Assembly (NCBI GenBank): GCA_963727315.1 | Contig: CAVSFE010000002.1 | Coordinates: forward strand, 50,289 to 114,288 | Direction: 5' to 3' | Origin: an uncultured Chloroflexia bacterium | GTDB lineage: Bacteria; Chloroflexota; Dehalococcoidia; Dehalococcoidales; RBG-16-60-22 | Length of the DNA stretch: 64,000 nucleotides | Shown: piece after piece, positions 57,654-64,000 of the stretch | Numbering within the stretch: the stretch's first letter is position 1 | Layout: each line of letters opens with the position of its first letter | Translations under genes and position numbers: made by a program | The notes under the pieces: generated by a model | What the model was told of the DNA's origin: nothing | The model's input: the letters and a program-made list of their open reading frames with translations, nothing else | The model's database searches: none

Positions 57654-58754
57654 TTAGTTGGATTGCCGCCCGGCTGTGCCCCTGGCGGTCTTGATATTGG
57701 CTTTTTCCGCCTCTTTGGGACGCAGAGAGCGGGTGGCCTTGCCGGCCTGCCACATCTCCGAGTTCCCCATTACCGCTAACTCTTTGCCCAGAAGCTGTTT
57801 GTAGTCCGGCCGACCACAAGCGCGGATAACGCGGCGGGTCTCGATGCCGGCCGCCACCCTCTCGTAAAGCTCTTTAAAGACCGGCATGACCGCCTTCTTG
57901 AACTTCGGTTTCCAATCGAGGGCGCCGCGCTGGGCGGTGGCGGAGCAGTTGGCGTACATCCAGTCCATGCCGTTCTCGGCGACGAGCCTTATCAGGCTCT
58001 CGGTAAGCTCTTCGACGGTCTCATTAAACGCCTCGCTGGGACTGTGCCCATGCTTTCTTAAAGTATCGTACTGGGCTTCCATGATACCGGCTAAAGCGCC
58101 CATCAGCACGCCCCGCTCCCCGACCAGGTCGGAAAAGACCTCATTTTCAAAAGTGGTGGGGAAGAGATAGCCGGAGCCGATGGCGATACCGAGCGCCAGG
58201 CAGCGCTCCTTAGCCCGGCCGGTGGCGTCCTGAAAGATGGCGTAGCTGGCATTGATGCCCGCCCCGGAGAGGAAGTTGCGACGCAGCGAGGTGCCCGAGC
58301 CCTTGGGCGCGACCATGATGACATCGATGCCCTTCGGCGGTATGATTTTGGTCTGGTCTTTATAGACAATCGAGAAGCCGTGCGAGAAATAGAGGGCTTT
58401 GCCTTTCGTTAAATGCTTTTTTATCGTGGACCAGATTAGCTTCTGGGCGGCGTCCGTCACCAGCATCTCGATAATCGTGCCGCGCCTGGCCGCTTCCTCA
58501 ATTTCGAACAGGTCTTTGCCGGCCACCCAGCCGTCCTTTTCCGCCCGCTTCCAATCTTCCGGGAACTGGCGGCTCTGCCCGATAATGACTTTAAAGCCGT
58601 TGTCCTTCATGTTCAGCGATTGCCCCGGCCCCTGGACGCCATAGCCGATGACCGCGATTAGTTCGTTCTTTAGTACTTTGCGGGCTTTCTCCATCGGGAA
58701 CTCGCTCCGCATGACGACCTCTTCCTTGACGCCGCCGAAATCGATAAGCGCCAT
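57654..58754 (-). CDS. ilvC: Ketol-acid reductoisomerase
   Basis: IGYGVQGPGQ, YFSHGF, VAPKGSG, SDLVGERGVLMG, CSATAQRGA; start ATG 58754. Confidence 0.95.
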   Translation of the reverse strand: MALIDFGGVKEEVVMRSEFPMEKARKVLKNELIAVIGYGVQGPGQSLNMKDNGFKVIIGQSRQFPEDWKRAEKDGWVAGKDLFEIEEAARRGTIIEMLVTDAAQKLIWSTIKKHLTKGKALYFSHGFSIVYKDQTKIIPPKGIDVIMVAPKGSGTSLRRNFLSGAGINASYAIFQDATGRAKERCLALGIAIGSGYLFPTTFENEVFSDLVGERGVLMGALAGIMEAQYDTLRKHGHSPSEAFNETVEELTESLIRLVAENGMDWMYANCSATAQRGALDWKPKFKKAVMPVFKELYERVAAGIETRRVIRACGRPDYKQLLGKELAVMGNSEMWQAGKATRSLRPKEAEKANIKTARGTAGRQSN

Positions 58755-58777
58755 ATTTATCACTTCCTTCCTTATTA

Positions 58778-59311
58778 TTATTTAGTCCGGCCTCTGGCCG
58801 ACTTTTCTTCTGCCGACGGGACACCGATATTGCCGCGAATCATCGCGACGCGTCCGGTGCGGGCTATCTCCTTGACGCCGAAGGCGCGCAGCAGCTTCAG
58901 CATGGAGTCGATTTTATCTTCGTCCCCGGTAATCTCGATAGTCAATGAGTCCGAGGAGACATCGACGATATTGGCGCGGAAAATGTCCGCAATTTCCAGA
59001 ATCTCGGAGCGGGTGGCCGAGGTGGCTTTTACCTTCACCATCGCCAGCTCGCGCACGGTAATCTTATCGCCGGAGATATCGGACACCCGGACAACGTCGA
59101 TGAGTTTGTCGAGCTGCTTGCGCACCTGCTCCACCATGGCGGTCGTCCCGTTGACGACGATGGTCACCCGCGACAGGCCCTCTTCTTCGCTGTGGCCGAC
59201 GGCGATGCTATCGATGTTAAACCCACGCCGCCGGAAAAGACTCACCATGCGATTGAGGACGCCCGGTTTATCCCGGACGATAGCAACTAGGGTGTGCTTC
59301 GTCGTGGCCAT
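58778..59311 (-). CDS. ilvN: Acetolactate synthase small subunit
   Basis: DKPGVLNR...FRRRGFNIDSI, KQLDKLIDV, EIARTG. Confidence 0.95.
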   Translation of the reverse strand: MATTKHTLVAIVRDKPGVLNRMVSLFRRRGFNIDSIAVGHSEEEGLSRVTIVVNGTTAMVEQVRKQLDKLIDVVRVSDISGDKITVRELAMVKVKATSATRSEILEIADIFRANIVDVSSDSLTIEITGDEDKIDSMLKLLRAFGVKEIARTGRVAMIRGNIGVPSAEEKSARGRTK

Positions 59312-60999
59312 GCCGACACCTCTTTCTTCGGATGTTCCAGGAATTCAGCATTGGACGCGCCGGGGGGCACGATCGGGTACACGTTTTCCTCGGGCTCTAC
59401 CTTAAAATCTATCAGGAAAGGCCCCTGGCTATCCATAGCCTGCTGAATGGCGTTGTCTACCTCTTCACGCTGGGTAACGCGGAGGGCGGGGATACAGTAA
59501 GCCTCGGCGACCTTCACGAAATCCGGGCAGGAAAGCGGCGTGGCGACGTACCTCTTATTGTAAAAGAGCTCCTGCCACTGCCTTACCATGCCCAGGTAGC
59601 CGTTATTCATTATCCCTATCTTGACGGCGATTTTGTCCTGGACGAGGGTCGCCAGCTCCTGGATGGTCATTTGAAAGCTGCCGTCCCCGTCGACCAGCCA
59701 GACGGTCTTGTCGGGCCGGCCGACCTTGGCGCCCATCGCGGCCGGCAGCCCGAAGCCCATCGTGCCCAGGCCGCCGGACGAGATAAAACTGCCCGGCTCA
59801 CGGAAGATATAGTGCTGGGCGGTCCACATCTGGTGCTGCCCTACTCCGGTCACGACGATCGCCTCGCCGCGCGTGGCTTGGTAGAGCTGCTGGATGATAT
59901 ACTGGGGCAGCAGTTCGGGCCCTTCCCTGACTTCCAGCATCGGGTGCTGTTTGCGCCACTCTTCGAGCTGCTGTAGCCACTCGACGTGCAGCCGGGTATC
60001 AACCATCTTATGTAAAGCCTGGAGCACGACCTTGACATCGCCGACGATGGGCACGTCGACGCGGACGTTCTTGCCTATTTCCGCCGGGTCCAGGTCCACG
60101 TGGATAATTTTGGCGTGGGGGGCGAAAGCGCTTATCTTGCCCGTCACCCTGTCGTCGAACCTCATGCCCACGGCAATCAGCAGGTCGGTGTTATCGATAG
60201 CTTTGTTGGCGTAGCCGGAGCCGTGCATGCCGGCCATGCCGTAGCTCAGCACGTGGTTCTCCGGAAAGCAGCCGATGCCCAGCAGAGTGGTGACGACCGG
60301 GAGCTGGGCGGCCTCGGCGAACTTTTTCAGATCCTCGCTGGCGCCGGATATTATCACGCCGCGCCCGGCGATAATCAGGGGGCGGTGGGACTCGTTGATG
60401 AGCTTGGCGGCGCTCTTGAGCTGCGTCGGGTGGCCTTTGGTGGGTATCTTATAGCCGGCCAGCTTTACCTCGCCGGGCGGGATTTCGTATTCCGCCTGCT
60501 CCAGCTGGACATCGCGCGGAAGGTCGATGAGGACCGGGCCAGGCCGACCGGTGCGGGCGATGTAAAAAGACTCTTTAAAGACCTCCGCGAGGTCGGCGGT
60601 GTCCGTCACCAGATAGCTATGTTTCGTAATCGGCAGCGTGATGCCGGTGATGTCGATCTCCTGGAAGGCGTCCTTGCCGATGAAAGGCGTGGCGACCTGA
60701 CCGGTCAGGGCTACTATCGGGACGGAGTCCATGTAAGCATTAGCGATGCCGGTCACCAGGTTGGTGGCGCCGGGGCCGGAGGTGGCCATGCAGACGCCGA
60801 CCTTGCCGGTCGCGCGGGCGTAGCCGTCGGCTGCGTGGGCGGCGCCCTGCTCATGACGCACCAGGATGTGCCGCAGCTGCGGGTACTGGGGCAGGGTATC
60901 GTAAAAGGGCAATAGCACACCGCCGGGGAAGCCGAACATGACGTCGACGCCCTCGGCGAGAAGGCTTTCACAAATTATCTGGGCACCTGTTTTTTTCAT
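59287..60999 (-). CDS. ilvB: Acetolactate synthase large subunit
   Basis: RHEQGA, TSGPGATN, DAFQE, RFDDRVTG, GDGSFQM...NNGYLGMVRQWQ. Confidence 0.96.
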   Translation of the reverse strand: MKKTGAQIICESLLAEGVDVMFGFPGGVLLPFYDTLPQYPQLRHILVRHEQGAAHAADGYARATGKVGVCMATSGPGATNLVTGIANAYMDSVPIVALTGQVATPFIGKDAFQEIDITGITLPITKHSYLVTDTADLAEVFKESFYIARTGRPGPVLIDLPRDVQLEQAEYEIPPGEVKLAGYKIPTKGHPTQLKSAAKLINESHRPLIIAGRGVIISGASEDLKKFAEAAQLPVVTTLLGIGCFPENHVLSYGMAGMHGSGYANKAIDNTDLLIAVGMRFDDRVTGKISAFAPHAKIIHVDLDPAEIGKNVRVDVPIVGDVKVVLQALHKMVDTRLHVEWLQQLEEWRKQHPMLEVREGPELLPQYIIQQLYQATRGEAIVVTGVGQHQMWTAQHYIFREPGSFISSGGLGTMGFGLPAAMGAKVGRPDKTVWLVDGDGSFQMTIQELATLVQDKIAVKIGIMNNGYLGMVRQWQELFYNKRYVATPLSCPDFVKVAEAYCIPALRVTQREEVDNAIQQAMDSQGPFLIDFKVEPEENVYPIVPPGASNAEFLEHPKKEVSAWPRRSTP

Positions 61000-61012
61000 A
61001 TCTTCCCCCTAT

Positions 61013-62668
61013 TCAATGTTCGAAGACCGCGCCGGTGCTGGCCGAAGACACCTTCTCGACATAGCGGCTCAGGTAACCCGACTTTATCCGCGACCGGAAA
61101 GCCGGCAGCTTCGCCAGGCGGTCTTTAATTTCTTTATCAGAAAGCTCGACATTCAGTTTATTGCCCGGAATGTCAATATTAATGATGTCCCCTTCTTTTA
61201 CGGCGGCGATGGGACCGCGGGCGGCGGCTTCCGGGGACACGTGACCGATAGACGCACCGCGGGTAGCTCCGGAGAAGCGGCCATCGGTAATCAGCGCCAC
61301 CTCTTTATCCAGTCCGAGGCCGGTAATCAAAGATGTCGGCGTGAGCATCTCGCGCATGCCCGGGCCGCCTTTAGGTCCCTCGTAGCGGATGACCAGCACG
61401 TCGCCGGGCTTGATTTTCTTGTCCATGATGGCCCTGGTGACCTCTTCCTCGGAGTCGAAGACACGGGCGGGGCCGCGGTGCACCATCATCTCCGAGGCGA
61501 CGGCCGCTTTCTTGACCACCGCGCCCTCCGGCGCCAGGTTGCCGAAAAGCAGCGCCAGGCCGCCAGTGGCCGCATGGGCGTTCTTCACCGGGCGGATGAC
61601 CTCTTTGTCCAGTGTTTTTACTCCGGCGAGATTTTCCCCGAGCGTTTTGCCGGTTACGGTAGACGATTTGAGCCTTAATAGCTCCTTCAGTTCGCCCATG
61701 ACGGCCGGAATGCCCCCCGCCCTATCGAGGTCCTCAATGTGATGGGGGCCGACGGGGCGGAGCGAGCATATATACGGAGTGCGTTTACTGATTTCATTGA
61801 CTGTCGCCAGATTAAACTCGATTCCGGCCTCTCTGGCGATAGCCATGAGGTGCAGCACCGAGTTGCTGCTGCCGCCCAGGGCCATATCCACCGTAAAGGC
61901 GTTGAAAATGGCGTCGGACGTAATAATCTCGCGCGGGCGGGTATCGTTCGCCAATAGCCGGAGCACCTGCTCGCCGGCCTGACGCGCCAGGGCCCGGCGT
62001 CGGGCGTCGACGGCGGGAATGGTGCCGTTGCCCGGCAGTCCCATGCCCAACGCCTCGGTCAGGCAGTTCATCGTGTTAGCGGTGAACATGCCGGCGCAAC
62101 TGCCGCAGCCGGGACAGGCCAGCCGCTCTAAACGCGCCAGCTCCGCTTCCGACATATTGCCGGCGGATACCGCGCCGACGGCTTCGAAGACGTTATTAAG
62201 GTCGACTTTTTTCCCGTCGAGGTGTCCCGCCAGCATGGGGCCGCCGCTGACAAAGATGGCGGGGAGGTTCAAACGTACCGCGGCCATCAGCATGCCGGGG
62301 ACTATCTTATCGCAGTTAGGAATAAATACCAGGGCATCGAAGGCATGCGCCTCCGCCATGATTTCTACGGAGTCGGCGATGAGTTCGCGACTGGGCAGGC
62401 TGTATTTCATGCCGGCGTGGTTCATGGCGATGCCGTCGCAGACGGCGATGGTGTTGAACTCGAAGGGAATGCCCCCGGCGGCGCGCACGCCTTCTTTTAC
62501 CGCGGCCGCGATTTCGCGCAGGTGGACGTGGCCGGGCACGACCTCGGTAAAGCTGTTGACGATGCCGATGAGCGGCTTATCGAGGTCCTCGGGAGAGCAG
62601 CCCAGGGCGTAGAGCAGCGAGCGGTGCGGCGCCCTTTCGATCCCTTTCTTCACAGCGTCACTTTTCAT
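61013..62668 (-). CDS. ilvD: Dihydroxy-acid dehydratase
   Basis: [44 protein letters not shown]. Confidence 0.96.
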   Translation of the reverse strand: MKSDAVKKGIERAPHRSLLYALGCSPEDLDKPLIGIVNSFTEVVPGHVHLREIAAAVKEGVRAAGGIPFEFNTIAVCDGIAMNHAGMKYSLPSRELIADSVEIMAEAHAFDALVFIPNCDKIVPGMLMAAVRLNLPAIFVSGGPMLAGHLDGKKVDLNNVFEAVGAVSAGNMSEAELARLERLACPGCGSCAGMFTANTMNCLTEALGMGLPGNGTIPAVDARRRALARQAGEQVLRLLANDTRPREIITSDAIFNAFTVDMALGGSSNSVLHLMAIAREAGIEFNLATVNEISKRTPYICSLRPVGPHHIEDLDRAGGIPAVMGELKELLRLKSSTVTGKTLGENLAGVKTLDKEVIRPVKNAHAATGGLALLFGNLAPEGAVVKKAAVASEMMVHRGPARVFDSEEEVTRAIMDKKIKPGDVLVIRYEGPKGGPGMREMLTPTSLITGLGLDKEVALITDGRFSGATRGASIGHVSPEAAARGPIAAVKEGDIINIDIPGNKLNVELSDKEIKDRLAKLPAFRSRIKSGYLSRYVEKVSSASTGAVFEH

Positions 62669-62694
62669 TTGCGTGCCTCTTAAAAAGCGCTACT

Positions 62695-62786
62695 AAAAAA
62701 ATAACCGTCTCTCAAGACGGACCGGGGAAAGATTTTTAAGACAGAAGCCCGTATCTAAAGATAACATGGGGGGAGGTTATTGTCAA
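62695..62786 (-). promoter_or_regulatory. ilvD promoter followed by intrinsic terminator within the leader
   Basis: TTGACA (62786-62781)-17 bp-TGn-TATCTT (62763-62758); CCGTCT-tgag-AGACGG then TTATTTTTT (62720-62695). Confidence 0.6.
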
Positions 62787-62801
62787 GCTATCTGGACTCT
62801 A

Positions 62802-63662
62802 TTACGCGGTTTGCCACCGCCAGGTCTTTCCTTTCCGGACGACGCGTCCGAGCCCCGGGAACGGAAAGTGGAACGCCATTATCAGGGCTTTACCGGCGGA
62901 GGACAGCAGTTTTCGGCGTGTGAGAACCAGCGAATCGGGGAAAACGTCGAAGACGGAAAACCACTCCGGCATCTCTAGGTGGACGGGATGTAGAACGACG
63001 TCCGAGATACACAGCAGCCGCTCGTTTTTTGAAGAAACGGCCAGGGCCATCAGCCCGGGGGTGTGCCCCGGCGCCGGTATCGCCTGCATGCCGGGGACGA
63101 TTTCAGCTTCACCGCCGACCAGCTGCAGCCGGTCTTTAAGCGGCAGGAGGTTCCGTCGGGCGGTGCCCACCAGTATTTCCCTGGAATGCTCATCGATCTT
63201 TTGCTCCGCTTGGGCGGAGGTCCAGAAGTCCCACTCGTCCCTGGAAATAACGTAGCGTGCCTTGGGGAAGGCTGGCTTACCGTCGGCGGTCGTGTTGCCG
63301 CCGAGATGGTCGGGGTGACCGTGCGTATTGACGACCGTATCGATATCGCCGGGGGCGATGCCGGCCGCGCGGAGATTGGCAATAAGCTTACCCGTAGTGG
63401 TCGCCAGGCTGCCCGCCCCCGTGTCCACGAGCACCAGATGCTTATCTGTCCTGACTACCAGGCAGGTGTACGGACTTACCCATTCCGTCCATGGCGTCGG
63501 CAAATTATATCGCTGCCGCACTGAGGCCAGCGATTCCGGTGAAGCATTAGCGAAAAGCATGACTTCGGGAGGGGGGAACTGGGGCGGGGTATAGGTATGA
63601 GAACCGTCACTGACGGCGAGGCACTCGAAATCACCGATTTTGAAGCGATAGTGATTTTCCAT
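62802..63662 (-). CDS. Metallo-beta-lactamase-fold hydrolase
   Basis: LVDTG, THGHPDHLGG, APGHTPG, FHFPFPG. Confidence 0.9.
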   Translation of the reverse strand: MENHYRFKIGDFECLAVSDGSHTYTPPQFPPPEVMLFANASPESLASVRQRYNLPTPWTEWVSPYTCLVVRTDKHLVLVDTGAGSLATTTGKLIANLRAAGIAPGDIDTVVNTHGHPDHLGGNTTADGKPAFPKARYVISRDEWDFWTSAQAEQKIDEHSREILVGTARRNLLPLKDRLQLVGGEAEIVPGMQAIPAPGHTPGLMALAVSSKNERLLCISDVVLHPVHLEMPEWFSVFDVFPDSLVLTRRKLLSSAGKALIMAFHFPFPGLGRVVRKGKTWRWQTA

Positions 63663-63672
63663 AGAAGCCTCC

Positions 63673-64000
63673 TTACTTACATTGCTCGTCCTCGATTTCC
63701 TTTATCTTATTAATGCGGACAATGTGCCGGCCGCCCTCGAATTCCGTCGCCAGGAAGTCCTCGACGATAGCCTTAACTTTGATGTCAATCTCCTCCGCGG
63801 CCAGACAGCAAATCTGGGCGTCGTTATGAAGGCGGGCGCGGTGGGCGGTAAAGATATCATAGCACTGGGCGGCGCGGATGCCCCGCACCTTATTGGCGGC
63901 GATGCACATGCCGATACCGGTGCCGCAGATCAGGATGCCCCCGTCATATTCGCCCCGGACGATAGCCTCCGCCACCTGCACGGCGATATCCGGATAATCG
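63673..64000 (-). CDS. rpiB: Ribose-5-phosphate isomerase B (5' part outside window)
   Basis: DYPDIA at window edge, ICGTGIGMCIAANK, HNDAQ, FEGGRH. Confidence 0.93.
   Translation of the reverse strand, partial: DYPDIAVQVAEAIVRGEYDGGILICGTGIGMCIAANKVRGIRAAQCYDIFTAHRARLHNDAQICCLAAEEIDIKVKAIVEDFLATEFEGGRHIVRINKIKEIEDEQCK

Noticed and set aside
76-63594. Many long antisense/overlapping ORFs in the track (e.g. 33973-34842, 34769-35686, 53999-54943, 60100-60915)
   Set aside because: Shadow frames of GC-rich conserved genes, with no motifs or RBS support.

Overview
Bacterial window, most likely from a Dehalococcoidia-like Chloroflexota genome (inferred from gene content and style, not proven). About 1-32.4 kb is a cell-surface/exopolysaccharide island. 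It contains a cohesin-dockerin gene trio, VanZ, an ACP/AMP-ligase/NadE-like/PP-loop cassette, glycan-modifying enzymes, an atypical Wzc, nucleotide-sugar enzymes and an OmpR-family two-component pair. It also holds a RiPP-like cassette: S24/S26 peptidase, ABC exporter, HPr-kinase-like ATPase, PqqD/RRE and an unannotated 31-aa YxxP precursor at 24032-24127. Many island promoters share one architecture: four TTCTAAC-like direct repeats with 11-bp period, usually 10 bp upstream of a -10 box. Eight such arrays were found, two of them 39/40 identical, which suggests a single regulon. About 32.5-64 kb is mostly housekeeping: uppP, csp, ftsA-ftsZ, TerC, an Ala-rich coiled-coil pair, menA-menG plus a MenK-like radical SAM, a sirtuin, thyA, the ilvDBNC-leuACDB-cimA cluster with two candidate attenuators, an MBL hydrolase and rpiB. 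Five clear and one probable single-base insertions split or fuse conserved genes and are best explained as sequencing errors, so single-base claims need read-level confirmation. No rRNA, tRNA, CRISPR array or transposase was recognised.
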